Below are positions 23,210-32,658 of a stretch of 64,000 nt of DNA, piece after piece. The DNA is taken from assembly GCA_963695095.1 (NCBI GenBank), contig CAVOFT010000001.1, positions 480,001 through 544,000 of the forward strand, in the 5' to 3' direction. Both the position numbers and the translations under genes were made by a program. Within the stretch, counting starts at the first letter, position 1. Every line of letters begins with the position of its first letter. Origin of the DNA: an uncultured bacterium (GTDB taxonomy: Bacteria; Krumholzibacteriota; Krumholzibacteriia; JACNKJ01). The notes beneath the pieces were generated by a model. The model had not been told where the DNA came from. It was given only the letters and a program-made list of their open reading frames with translations, and did not search any database.

Positions 23210-23734
23210 ATGGAATGTCCGGCCTGCCACAAGGCGCTCAGCGAGATCCAAGCCGGGGGATTGCGAGTAGATGTCTGCCGTGATGGCTGCGGCGGCATCT
23301 GGTTCGACTGGTTCGAGCTGAGCAAGGTGGATGAGCCGAGCGAGCAAGTGGGGGACGCCCTGCTGGCGCTGGGTCCGAGCGCCGTGACGAGGTCGGGGTC
23401 GGCCCAGCGGCACTGCCCGCGCTGCGCGGGGCAGTCCATGCAGCGGCACTACTTCAGCGTCAAGCGGCAGGTGCAGGTGGACGAGTGTCCGGCCTGTGGC
23501 GGCTTCTGGCTCGACGCCGGCGAACTGACGCGCATCCGCTCGCTCTTCGAGTCGGAGGAGTCGGCGCGCGAGGCCGCTCAGATTCTCTTTGCGGGCCTGG
23601 TGGAGGAGAATCTCGCCACCGAGCGCGGCGCCAGCCAGGAGCGCCTGCGCCGCGCGCGGCGCTTCGCGCACTTCTTCCGCTTCCTCTGCCCCAGCTACTG
23701 GATTCCCGGCAAGCAGGAGTGGGGCGCGCACTAG
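23210..23734 (+). CDS. Tandem zf-TFIIB zinc-ribbon protein
   Basis: Two repeats: CPAC..VDVCRDGCGGIWFD..EL and CPRC..VDECPACGGFWLDAGEL; GGAGG RBS. Confidence 0.88.
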   Translation: MECPACHKALSEIQAGGLRVDVCRDGCGGIWFDWFELSKVDEPSEQVGDALLALGPSAVTRSGSAQRHCPRCAGQSMQRHYFSVKRQVQVDECPACGGFWLDAGELTRIRSLFESEESAREAAQILFAGLVEENLATERGASQERLRRARRFAHFFRFLCPSYWIPGKQEWGAH

Positions 23735-23830
23735 CTTTCGGTCCATGGCTCCTTGCAGGTGAGAGAGAGACGAGGGCGGTTCCGGAGGGAGCCGCCCTCT
23801 TTCCATGCGCGCCCGCGGCCAGGCAAGCGG

Positions 23831-23858
23831 TTGACGCGCGGACGCCCGGCGGTATCCT
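23831..23858 (+). promoter_or_regulatory. Sigma70-type promoter upstream of the GAF gene
   Basis: TTGACG-16 nt-TATCCT. Confidence 0.5.
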
Positions 23859-23912
23859 GTGCCGGTGCCGCGGCGAGCCCGGGGCGCTCTCCCGCGTCGA
23901 GGTGATCGAGAC

Positions 23913-24377
23913 ATGGACACGCACGCCGCTCTGTTGATCGACATCGATCGCACCCTGGCCGCCTCCCGGGGCCGTGACGCGGCGCTGGCCGCCGTCTGCC
24001 GCCTCCTCGCCGCGCGCCAGGCCGGCTACGACTGGGTGGGCTTCTATCTCGTCGATCCGGCGAGCCCGCGCGAGCTCGTGCTCGGTCCCTTCGTCGGCGA
24101 GCCGACCGAGCACACGCGCATCCCCTTCGGCCGCGGCATCTGCGGCCAGGTGGCCGAGCGCGAGGAGACGATGCTCGTGGACGATGTGACGGCCGCGGAC
24201 AACTACCTCGCCTGCAGCCTCAGCGTGCGCTCGGAGATCGTGGTGCCCATCCTGGCGGGCGGCCGTTTCGTCGGCCAGCTCGATATCGATTCCCAGGCAC
24301 CGGCCCGCTTCGGCGCCGCCGATCGCGCGCTCTGCGAGGCGATCTGTGCGCGGCTGGCGCCGCTCTTTTCGACTTGA
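23913..24377 (+). CDS. GAF-domain protein (free methionine-R-sulfoxide reductase MsrC/YebR-like)
   Basis: WVGFY, LVLGPF.G, GICG, YLACS...RSEIVVP and LDIDS motifs. Confidence 0.88.
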   Translation: MDTHAALLIDIDRTLAASRGRDAALAAVCRLLAARQAGYDWVGFYLVDPASPRELVLGPFVGEPTEHTRIPFGRGICGQVAEREETMLVDDVTAADNYLACSLSVRSEIVVPILAGGRFVGQLDIDSQAPARFGAADRALCEAICARLAPLFST

Positions 24378-24401
24378 GATTGCAGTAGATCGGTTTTTCG
24401 C

Positions 24402-24430
24402 TGGACTCGTCCGAGCGCAATGCCTAAACT
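24402..24430 (+). promoter_or_regulatory. Sigma70-type promoter of the GNAT operon
   Basis: TGGACT-17 nt-TAAACT. Confidence 0.55.
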
Positions 24431-24592
24431 ATTCGGCCATTGCACCCACGCGTCCGAACGCGGAATGACGCCGGGGCGGCCCCATCCGCCTCGACCGGAA
24501 GTGACGCCAAAGCTCCCGGTACCAGCCGACCGCCGCCGGGCAGACGCAGGCCGTCCACGCGGGCGCGTAGCCCGCCAGCTGAGGAGTGACCG

Positions 24593-24679
24593 ATGATCAA
24601 TATGAAGACCAACTCGGCGCTGGTCGCCTGCCCGCTCCTGGCTGTCGTCAGGGACATGGCCCGCGTCACTCGCCGCTAG
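24593..24679 (+). CDS. 28-aa uORF/leader peptide MINMKTNSALVACPLLAVVRDMARVTRR
   Basis: GAGGAG RBS 6 nt upstream of the ATG; lies between the promoter and the first GNAT; a hairpin follows the stop immediately. Too short to appear in the ORF track. Confidence 0.55.
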   Translation: MINMKTNSALVACPLLAVVRDMARVTRR

Positions 24680-24870
24680 GCGCCCCCGGCCCCCAAGGGC
24701 CGCTCCGGCGCCCGCGGCGCTGACACCCCAAGCCAGACCCCTCTCGCGGCCACGCGCTGCGCGACCCGCTCGCCGGGACCGCCGCCGCTTTCCCCAATTC
24801 CCGGCCCCGAGAGGCCGCAGGTACTCACCGGCTCGCGCTGCGCGAGCGGCTGCTTCTGGAGAAGAACAAA

Positions 24871-25854
24871 ATGGACGCAATTCGCGAATTCAGGCCCAGC
24901 GACTACCCGGGTCTCATCCTGCTGCGCAATGCCGTGGACCCGGACTCGCCGGTGAGCGAGGCCGAGCAGCTGCACTCGGACTCCACGCGCGACAGGGCGC
25001 TCTTCTTCCGGCGCTGGGTCTGGGAAGCGGGGGGCGCGCTGCTGGGCGCGGCGACGCTCAGCCACATGGACTGGATGTACCACCCGGACCGCTACTTCGG
25101 CTACGTGCAGGTGCTGCCCGCGGCCCGCGGGCGGGGCATCGGCAGCGCGCTCTACGCCGTGGTCGTCGCCGCGGCCCGGGCACGGGGTGCCGAGTCCCTG
25201 CGCACGCAGGTCAAGGAGAGCTGGCCCGAGGGCCTGCGCTTCCTCGCCGCGCGGGACTACGTCGCCGGCAACCGCGAGCTGGAGTCGAGCCTGGACCTGA
25301 CAGGCTTCGACCCGGGCCGCTTCACCGGCGCCCAGGCCGCGGCCGAGGCGACCGGGCTGCGGCTGCTCAACTACGCCGAGCTGGCGGACGACCCCGAGCG
25401 CGACCGGAAGCTCTGGGACTTCGACGCGCTCGTCGGTGCCGACATGCCGATGCCCGAGCCCTACACGGTGCCGCCCTTTGACGTCTTCCAGCGCAAGTAC
25501 CTGCGGCACCCGCTGTTCTACCCGGAGGGCTTTCTCGTCGCGGTGGCGGCAGACGGCCTCTACGTCGGCGTGAGCATGCTTCAGCTTTCCAATGCGCCCG
25601 GCCGCTTGATGACGGGCTTCACGGGCGTGCGCCGCGAGTGGCGTGGGAAGGGCGTGGCCACGGGCCTCAAGGTGACGGTGCTCAGCCGCGCCAAGGCGGC
25701 GGGCTACCGGGAGGTGCGCACCGGCAATGACTCGACGAACGACGGCATGCTCGGCATCAACCGGCGGCTGGGCTTCACGCCCCTGCCGGCCTGGGTGGAC
25801 CATGCGCTGGCACCCCTGCCCGCAGCGGCGGACGCGAAGCGCAAGGAGGCTTGA
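24871..25854 (+). CDS. Double-domain GNAT N-acyltransferase #1
   Basis: Two acyl-CoA motifs (V.PAARGRGIG; TGVRREWRGKGVA) and N...N.GML.IN.RLGF. Confidence 0.92.
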   Translation: MDAIREFRPSDYPGLILLRNAVDPDSPVSEAEQLHSDSTRDRALFFRRWVWEAGGALLGAATLSHMDWMYHPDRYFGYVQVLPAARGRGIGSALYAVVVAAARARGAESLRTQVKESWPEGLRFLAARDYVAGNRELESSLDLTGFDPGRFTGAQAAAEATGLRLLNYAELADDPERDRKLWDFDALVGADMPMPEPYTVPPFDVFQRKYLRHPLFYPEGFLVAVAADGLYVGVSMLQLSNAPGRLMTGFTGVRREWRGKGVATGLKVTVLSRAKAAGYREVRTGNDSTNDGMLGINRRLGFTPLPAWVDHALAPLPAAADAKRKEA

Positions 25855-25855
25855 G

Positions 25856-26851
25856 ATGAAGCCACAGTGGACGATCCGTGACTTCACGCCCGCCGACTAC
25901 GACGGCTACGCCGCGGTGCACAACGCCTGCTACCCGGACTACCTGCAGGCGGCCGCCGACATGGCGCGGCTGGACAGCCTGCGCGGCCCGCAGGTCCGCT
26001 GGCGGCGCTGGGTGGGCGAGGCCGCCGGTCGCGTGGTCGCCTGGGCGAGCTATGCCAACGGCAGCCACGCCTTCCACCCGCGCAAGTTCTGGCTGGAGGT
26101 GGGCGTCGATCCCGACTGGCGGCGGCAGGGCATGGGCAGGGCGCTCTTCGATCGCGTGAATGCGGCCCTGGCCGACTTCGACCCCATCGTGCTGCGCAGC
26201 GAGCTGCGCGAGGACAACCTCGTCGGCCGCGCTTTCGCGGAAGCCCGCGGCTTCGGCCTCGACTACCGCGAGCAGGAGTCGCGCCTGGACATCCGCGCCT
26301 TCGCCCCCGAGCGTTTCGCGGCGGAGCTGGCGCGGGTGGCGGCAGCGGGCATTGCGATCAAGAGCTACGCGGAGCTGGCGGCCGACCCCGAGCGCGATGC
26401 GAAGTTCCATGCGCTCGATGAACTGCTCTGCGCGGACGTGCCGAGCAGCGATCCGCACACCGGGTCGGAGTTCGCCATCTGGCGCCGGCGCCAGCTGGAG
26501 AGTCCCAAGTTCCTGCCCGGGCTGAACATGTTCGCCCAGCGCGGAGACGAGTACGTGGGCCTGAGCAACTTGTGGAAAGAGGAGACGCCCGGCCGCGTGG
26601 AGACCGGGCTGACGGGCGTGCGGCGCGAGTACCGCAAGCTGGGCATCGCCACCGCGCTCAAGGTGTCCGTACTCGCGGCCGCCAAGGCGGCCGGCTACGA
26701 GGCCACGCTCACCTGGAACGCCGAAACGAACAAGGGCATGCTGGGCATCAACGAGCGGCTTGGATTCCTGCCCCAGCCCGCCTGGTGGATGATCGAGAAG
26801 GTGCTGGACGCCGCCGCGCTCGCGGCGAGCGCCGGTCAGGAGGCAAGCTGA
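25856..26851 (+). CDS. Double-domain GNAT N-acyltransferase #2
   Basis: V.PDWRRQGMG; TGVRREYRKLGIA; NAETNKGMLGINERLGF; AGGAGG RBS. Confidence 0.92.
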   Translation: MKPQWTIRDFTPADYDGYAAVHNACYPDYLQAAADMARLDSLRGPQVRWRRWVGEAAGRVVAWASYANGSHAFHPRKFWLEVGVDPDWRRQGMGRALFDRVNAALADFDPIVLRSELREDNLVGRAFAEARGFGLDYREQESRLDIRAFAPERFAAELARVAAAGIAIKSYAELAADPERDAKFHALDELLCADVPSSDPHTGSEFAIWRRRQLESPKFLPGLNMFAQRGDEYVGLSNLWKEETPGRVETGLTGVRREYRKLGIATALKVSVLAAAKAAGYEATLTWNAETNKGMLGINERLGFLPQPAWWMIEKVLDAAALAASAGQEAS

Positions 26852-27831
26852 TGACGCACGCTATTCGCGACTTCACCGAGGCCGATTACGAAGCCTGGGC
26901 GGAATTGCACAACGATGTCTATCCGGACTACGCCGAGAGCGCCGAGGAGCGCCGTCGGGCCGATCGTTTGCGGGAGCCGCAGCACCAGCTGCGCCGCTGG
27001 GTCTGCGAAGCGGGGGACCGGCTCGTCGGCACGGGGTCCTACTACCAGGAGACCTGGGGCTACCACCCGCGCAAGTTCAACGTCGAGGTGGTCGTGGCCC
27101 CGAGCGCCCGGCGTCGCGGCCTGGGCGCCGCGCTCTACGATACGGTCGTGGCTGCCCTTGCCGAGCAGGACCCCATCCTCCTGCGCGGCATGCTGCGCGA
27201 GGACTGGGCCGAGAGCGCCCGCTTCGTGGCGGCGCGCGGTTACGGCCAGGGCATGCGCGTGGAGGAGTCGGTCTGCGACATCGCGAGCTTCGACCCGGGC
27301 GCCTACGCCGCCGATCTCGAGCGGGCAACGAAGCAGGGCATCGTCATCCGCAGCCTGCCCGAGCTGGAGTCGATGGCCGGCTGGGAGGAGAAGATGTACG
27401 CGCTCGCGCAGCAGCTCCTGGCCGACATGCCCCGCACGGAGCCGCACGTGCCGCCGCCCTTCGCGCTCTGGCGGGAGAGTCGGCTCGAGAGCCCGCGCTT
27501 CCTGCCCGAGCTGAACCTGTTCGCCGTGGACGGCGAGCGTTTCATTGGCATCAGCAACTTCTGGCGGAGCACGATTCCGGCTCGCGTCGGCACGGGCCTC
27601 ACGGGAGTGCTCGGCGAGTACCGCCGCCGCGGGCTCGCGACGGCGCTGAAGGTACGCGCACTCGGCGCCGCAAAAGCGGCGGGCTACAAGGAGACGCGCA
27701 CCTGGAACGCCGCCGAGAACGCGGGCATGCTGGGCATCAACCGCCGGCTGGGCTTCACGCCGCTGCCGGCCTGGCTGGAGATGGAAAAACCCGTGGGCGC
27801 GGCGGTGAAGGAAGAAGCCCATGGCGCCTGA
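26851..27831 (+). CDS. Double-domain GNAT N-acyltransferase #3
   Basis: TGATG overlap; V.PSARRRGLG; TGVLGEYRRRGLA; NAAENAGMLGINRRLGF. Confidence 0.92.
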   Translation: MTHAIRDFTEADYEAWAELHNDVYPDYAESAEERRRADRLREPQHQLRRWVCEAGDRLVGTGSYYQETWGYHPRKFNVEVVVAPSARRRGLGAALYDTVVAALAEQDPILLRGMLREDWAESARFVAARGYGQGMRVEESVCDIASFDPGAYAADLERATKQGIVIRSLPELESMAGWEEKMYALAQQLLADMPRTEPHVPPPFALWRESRLESPRFLPELNLFAVDGERFIGISNFWRSTIPARVGTGLTGVLGEYRRRGLATALKVRALGAAKAAGYKETRTWNAAENAGMLGINRRLGFTPLPAWLEMEKPVGAAVKEEAHGA

Positions 27832-28786
27832 GCTGCGCGCCTTTCGCCCGGCGGATTACGCGGCGCTCGCCGCGCTGCAGCGCGCCTGCGAGCCGGAGCA
27901 TCCACTGAACGAGGCGCACTGGCGCCACGAGGACGGCCTGGAGGACCCGCGCGTGAAGCGGGGGCGGGTCGTGGCGGTCGAAGAGGGGGTCCCGATCGCG
28001 TACGCGGGGTACATGCAGTACTCGATGATGTTCCACCCGCGCCGCTTCGTGCTCTACGGCGGCGTCGCGCCGGCGGCGCGGGGGCAGGGCCTGGGCCGCG
28101 CGCTCTACGCCTGGCTGCTCGCAGCGCTGGCGCCCTTCGCGCCGGAGCGGCTCGGCGTCGGTCTCTGGGCCGATCAGGGGGAAGGCGAGGCTTGGCTCGC
28201 GCGCCGCGGCTATCGCGAGACCCTCCGGGAAATCGAATCGGCGCTCGAACTCGGCGCCTTCCTGCCCGCGGACTGGATCGCCGCCGAGGCGCGGGCACGG
28301 TCCGCCGGCGTTCGGCTCGCCAGCCTGGCCGACCTGGGCGATGGCGAGGCCTGGCGCCGGCGCATCTACGAGCTCGACATGGCCTTCAGCACGGACATTC
28401 CGATGACGGGCCCGCTCACCCCGCCCGACTACGCGATCTACGCCCACCTCTACTTCGCCTGTCCCGGCTTCCAGCCCGAGCTCTGCTGGCTGGCCCTGGC
28501 GCCGGGGGCGGAGGGCGAGGAGGTCGTGGGCCTGTGCTGGCATGCGCTCGCGCCGATGCCGAAGGAACTCGAGACCATCGTCAGCGGCGTGCGGCGGGAT
28601 CAGCGCGGCCAGGGGATCGCGCTGGCGCTCAAGTCGCGGGCGCTGGCCGACGCCGAGGCGCGCGGCTTCACACGGGTCGTCACGCGCAATGCAGCCACGA
28701 ACGCCGGCATGCTGGCCGTCAACACGCGCCTCGGCTACCGTCCGATCGGCGCCCGCCTCATCATGGAGAAGGAGCTGAGCGCATGA
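27821..28786 (+). CDS. Double-domain GNAT N-acyltransferase #4
   Basis: V.PAARGQGLG; SGVRRDQRGQGIA; NAATNAGMLAVNTRLGY. Confidence 0.92.
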   Translation: MAPELRAFRPADYAALAALQRACEPEHPLNEAHWRHEDGLEDPRVKRGRVVAVEEGVPIAYAGYMQYSMMFHPRRFVLYGGVAPAARGQGLGRALYAWLLAALAPFAPERLGVGLWADQGEGEAWLARRGYRETLREIESALELGAFLPADWIAAEARARSAGVRLASLADLGDGEAWRRRIYELDMAFSTDIPMTGPLTPPDYAIYAHLYFACPGFQPELCWLALAPGAEGEEVVGLCWHALAPMPKELETIVSGVRRDQRGQGIALALKSRALADAEARGFTRVVTRNAATNAGMLAVNTRLGYRPIGARLIMEKELSA

Positions 28787-29901
28787 GCCTCGCCGTCGTC
28801 GAGCTGAATGGAGACGCCTACGCGCAGGGCCTCGCCCACGGCAAGGCCCTGGCCGCGGCGATCGCCCACAACCTGCGCGTCTACCTGGACCGCTTCGAGC
28901 GCGAGGCAAAGCTGCCGCGCCCGGAGCTGCTGGCGAGGAGCGGCGCCTACCTGGAGGCGCTGGGCGGCCGCGCGGTCGAGTACCGCCGCGGCATGGAGGG
29001 CATCGCGGCCGGCGCGGGCCAGCCCTTCGATCTCATCGCCATGCTCAACCTGCGCTACGAGCTGCTCTACTACCAGTACGGCACGGTGAAGGCGGCCGAG
29101 GCGGCCGAGCAGCTCAAGGAGCGACGGGCCGAGCCCGATGGCTGCACGGCCTTCGCCCTGCTGCCCGCAGCGACGGCGGCGGGGCGCCTGCTCATCGGCC
29201 AGAACTGGGACTGGATCCCGCAGGTGAAGGGCGCCCTGCTGCGCGTGCGGCCCGAGGCGGGCCCCGCGCGGCTGGGCTTCACCGAGGCGGGCATCCATGG
29301 CCTGAAGATCGGCTGCAACGCGGCCGGCGTGGCCCTGGCCATCAACGGCATGCTGAGCACGGCCGACGACTGGGCGCGCTTCGCGCTGCCCTTCCACTGG
29401 CGCTGCGACGCCGTGCTCGCGGCGACGAGCTTCGCGGCGGCCGTGGCCGTGATCGCCGACGAGCCGCGCGCCTGCACGACGAACTACCTCATCGCCCAGG
29501 CGCCGGATCAGGTGCTGGACCTCGAAGCGGCGCCGGACGCCCTCGGGCGCATCGGCTGTCGCGATGGCTGCCTGGCCCACGCCAACCACTTCGAGGATCC
29601 GGCGGCGATCGGGGTCGTGGAGCCGCCCAGCCTGACGCGGCCCTTCTCGCGCCAGCGCGCCGCGCGCCTGGAGACCTTGCTCCGCGCCGGGCGCCCCGTG
29701 GCCCTCCCCGCGCTCGAGGGCATGCTGCGCGATCACCTGCACCGCCCCAACTCCGTCTGCCGACACGAAGACGAGGCGCTGCCTGCGGTCGAGCGCGTGC
29801 ACACGGTCGCTTCGCTGATCATGGATCCGGCGGCGGGGCGCCTCTGGGCCACGGACGGTCCGCCCTGCGCCGGCGAGTACCAGGAAGTCTCGCTGGACTG
29901 A
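28783..29901 (+). CDS. Peptidase C45 / Ntn-hydrolase (acyl-CoA:6-APA acyltransferase family)
   Basis: ATGA overlap; G..Y..G..HG N-terminus; autoprocessing DG|CT site; GQNWDW, G.N.AG and HANHF motifs. Confidence 0.9.
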   Translation: MSLAVVELNGDAYAQGLAHGKALAAAIAHNLRVYLDRFEREAKLPRPELLARSGAYLEALGGRAVEYRRGMEGIAAGAGQPFDLIAMLNLRYELLYYQYGTVKAAEAAEQLKERRAEPDGCTAFALLPAATAAGRLLIGQNWDWIPQVKGALLRVRPEAGPARLGFTEAGIHGLKIGCNAAGVALAINGMLSTADDWARFALPFHWRCDAVLAATSFAAAVAVIADEPRACTTNYLIAQAPDQVLDLEAAPDALGRIGCRDGCLAHANHFEDPAAIGVVEPPSLTRPFSRQRAARLETLLRAGRPVALPALEGMLRDHLHRPNSVCRHEDEALPAVERVHTVASLIMDPAAGRLWATDGPPCAGEYQEVSLD

Positions 29902-29907
29902 GGGCGG

Positions 29908-31149
29908 CTAGCTGGTCTGGGGCTGGCGCTGGTGGTTGATGCCGCGCGTGAAGCTGTCGAGATTTTCGATGGTGCCCAGGTAGTCCTCGGCCGTGGTGGC
30001 CGACTCCAGACCCAGCTCGGCGCAGAGGCGCTCCACCTCGGCCCAGTCGCCGTGCTCGAGACCGGCGCACAGCTTGAGGAGGGTGCCGAGCAGGCCGGTG
30101 CCGTCGATCAGGCCCTCGCGCGCGAGGGGGCTGACGGGCAGCAGCTCGAGCACCTTCTCCATCGTGCGGCCGAGGATGACGTCCAGCCAGGAGAAGAAGC
30201 CGACGAAGTAGAACTCCTGGTCGCGCATCTTCTGGCCGAGGCGGGTGGCGAGGGTCTCCAGGAAGGAGGCGCGGATGAAGGAGCGCTGCACGAGTTCTTC
30301 GCTGCTGTCCTCGGCGATGTCGGTCATGGCCGTCACCTGGATGAGCTGGCGGATGCGCACCTCGCCCAGCATCACCATGGCGTGGCTGATGGAGAGGATC
30401 TCGTGCGGCAGGCCCGCCCAGGCCGAGTTCACCAGGCGCAACAGGCGATAGGAGAGCGATAGATCGCTCTTGATCAGGCTCTCCAGGCTCGCGTAGTCGA
30501 CGGGATCCTTGCGAATGGCCTGGAAGAGCGCCAGCGCCACGGCCTTGTTGCGCGGGATGTCGCCGTGGGTGAGCACCTCGGGGCGCTGGAAGTAGAAACC
30601 CTGGAAATAGGTGAAGCCCAGGCTCTGCGCGCGCTGGAAGTCCGCCCAGGTCTCCACCTTCTCGGCGAGGAAGCGCAGGCCGGGCCGGCGCCAGGCGCGG
30701 ACGATCTCGGCGGCGCGGGTCTCGCCGGCGGCCTTCCAGTCCACCTTGATCACGTCCACCAGCTCGACGAAGGGGAGCTGGTCCTGGCAGTTGACGACAT
30801 CGTCGAGCGCGAAGCGGTAGCCGGCGGCCTTCAGCTCGCGCACGGCCTCGACGACCTCCGGGTCCGGCGCGACGTCCTCGAGGATCTCGATCACCACCTG
30901 CTTGGCCGGGAGCAGGCGCACGCTGCCGTCGAGGAGGAGCTGGCGCGGCATGTTGATGAAGGCGTCATGGCCGCTGGTCAGGGCGGACAGATCGAAGAGC
31001 GATAGCGAGTTGGAGATCACCGAGGAAGTGGCTGCATTGGCGTCCCGCCCGCGGAACAGGTTCTCCGGCCCCGAGCGGAAGAGCAGCTCGTAGGCGTGGA
31101 CCTTGTTGTCCACGGTCAGGATGGGCTGGCGGGCGATGAAGGCTTCCAT
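29908..31149 (-). CDS. EAL + HDOD c-di-GMP phosphodiesterase (YuxH/CdgJ-like)
   Basis: FIARQPI, YELLFR, IEILE, ALDD, AEKVET and FQGFYF motifs; HDOD 'D.SLSYRLLRLVNSA'. Confidence 0.92.
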   Translation of the reverse strand: MEAFIARQPILTVDNKVHAYELLFRSGPENLFRGRDANAATSSVISNSLSLFDLSALTSGHDAFINMPRQLLLDGSVRLLPAKQVVIEILEDVAPDPEVVEAVRELKAAGYRFALDDVVNCQDQLPFVELVDVIKVDWKAAGETRAAEIVRAWRRPGLRFLAEKVETWADFQRAQSLGFTYFQGFYFQRPEVLTHGDIPRNKAVALALFQAIRKDPVDYASLESLIKSDLSLSYRLLRLVNSAWAGLPHEILSISHAMVMLGEVRIRQLIQVTAMTDIAEDSSEELVQRSFIRASFLETLATRLGQKMRDQEFYFVGFFSWLDVILGRTMEKVLELLPVSPLAREGLIDGTGLLGTLLKLCAGLEHGDWAEVERLCAELGLESATTAEDYLGTIENLDSFTRGINHQRQPQTS

Positions 31150-31344
31150 TGTGATCCTGTAATGCTCGATGCGCCAAAGACTTCGCGCCTGTGAGGCGGC
31201 CGCAGCAGCCTCGCAACTTCCGTTCCACGCTAACCCGCAAGCCCGGCGGATTTCTCGCCGCGCCTTCCCGTTTCCTGGCAGGGTGCGGGCTTCCTTGCAG
31301 CCCCCTCGCTGCGGCGCTAGAGTGGCCCCGGCGCGGAGGTGAGC

Positions 31345-32649
31345 ATGGACGCGCAGGCACTCCTGCTGGGCATAGTTATCGGCGGCATGGTCGGCGTTCT
31401 TGCCGCCTTTCTCTGGTTGCGGGGGCGATTGGCGCGCGCGGAGATGGAGCTGGTGCGACAGCAGGCGATTCTCGAGGGCGAGCGGCGCAATGCCGCCGAG
31501 AAGGCCGAGCTGCTCAAGAAGGAGGGCGAGCGGCTGAAGACCGAGTTCGAGGCCCTGGCCGCCCAGGCCCTGCGCGCCAACAACGAGAGCTTCCTGGCCG
31601 TGGCGAGGGAGACGCTCGGCCGGGAACAGGCGGCGGCCAAGGGCGAGCTGGAGCTGCGCGAGCAGGCCGTGGGCAAGCTGGTCGAGCCCCTGGCCAGATC
31701 CCTGGAAAAGGTGAACGAGGAGCTGGGCCGCATCGAGAAGGCGCGCGCGGAGGCCTTCGGGGGGCTCAACGAGCAGCTCAGGGCACTGGCCGGGTCCCAC
31801 GAGAAGCTGCAGGCCGAGACCGGCAACCTCGTGCAAGCCCTGCGCCGGCCCAGCGGCCGCGGCCAGTGGGGCGAGATGCAGCTGCGCCGCGTGGTCGAGA
31901 TGGCCGGCATGATCGATCACGTGGACTTCGATGTGCAGGTGAGCAGCGAGTCCGAGGCCGGGCGCCTCAGGCCGGACATGATCATCAACATGCCCGGCGG
32001 CAGCCAGGTGGTGGTGGACGCCAAGACGCCGCTGGAGGCCTACCTCAAGGCGCTCGAGACCGACGACGACGCTGCGCGCGCCGGCCATCTCGCCGATCAT
32101 GCCCGGCAGGTGCGCGAGCACGTGCGCAAGCTCTCCGGCAAGGCCTACCAGGGGCAGCTAGCGGCCAGTCCCGAGTTCACGGTGATGTTCCTGCCCAGCG
32201 AGAGCATCTTCTACGCAGCGCTGGAGAAGGACCCCGGCCTCATCGAGAGCGGCGTCGATCAGAAGGTGCTGCTGGCCACGCCGACCACGCTGATCGCCCT
32301 GCTGCGCGCGGTGCACTACGGCTGGCAGCAGCAGTCCCTGGCCGAGAACGCGGCGCGGATCAGCGATCTCGGCCGCGATCTCTACGAGCGCATGGGCACC
32401 CTGGCCGAGCACTTCGCGGACCTGGGCAAGAAGATCGGCGGCAGCGTGGACGCCTACAACCGGGCCGTGGGCACGCTCGAGCGCCGCGTGCTACCCACCG
32501 CGCGCAAGTTCCCCGAGCTGAGCGTGCGCAGCAGCAAGGACGTCGCCCTGCTCGAGAGCCTCGACACCGCCGTGCGGCCGCTGCAGGCACCGGAGCTGAA
32601 TGGGGAGGTTGGTCCGGACGGGCCAGGCGGTGCGGACGGCCAGGCGTGA
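31345..32649 (+). CDS. rmuC: DNA recombination protein RmuC
   Basis: N-terminal TM and coiled coil; RGQWGE, RPD, VDAK, VMFLPSE and TPTTL motifs. Confidence 0.95.
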   Translation: MDAQALLLGIVIGGMVGVLAAFLWLRGRLARAEMELVRQQAILEGERRNAAEKAELLKKEGERLKTEFEALAAQALRANNESFLAVARETLGREQAAAKGELELREQAVGKLVEPLARSLEKVNEELGRIEKARAEAFGGLNEQLRALAGSHEKLQAETGNLVQALRRPSGRGQWGEMQLRRVVEMAGMIDHVDFDVQVSSESEAGRLRPDMIINMPGGSQVVVDAKTPLEAYLKALETDDDAARAGHLADHARQVREHVRKLSGKAYQGQLAASPEFTVMFLPSESIFYAALEKDPGLIESGVDQKVLLATPTTLIALLRAVHYGWQQQSLAENAARISDLGRDLYERMGTLAEHFADLGKKIGGSVDAYNRAVGTLERRVLPTARKFPELSVRSSKDVALLESLDTAVRPLQAPELNGEVGPDGPGGADGQA

Positions 32650-32658
32650 GGGCCTAGG

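Noticed and set aside
24437..24592. Known riboswitch upstream of the GNAT uORF
   Set aside because: I could not match TPP, SAM, glycine, c-di-GMP or c-di-AMP consensus by eye. An Infernal search is needed.
31345..32649. RmuC as a restriction-modification or mobile-element nuclease
   Set aside because: Ordinary stand-alone rmuC with no methyltransferase or integrase nearby.
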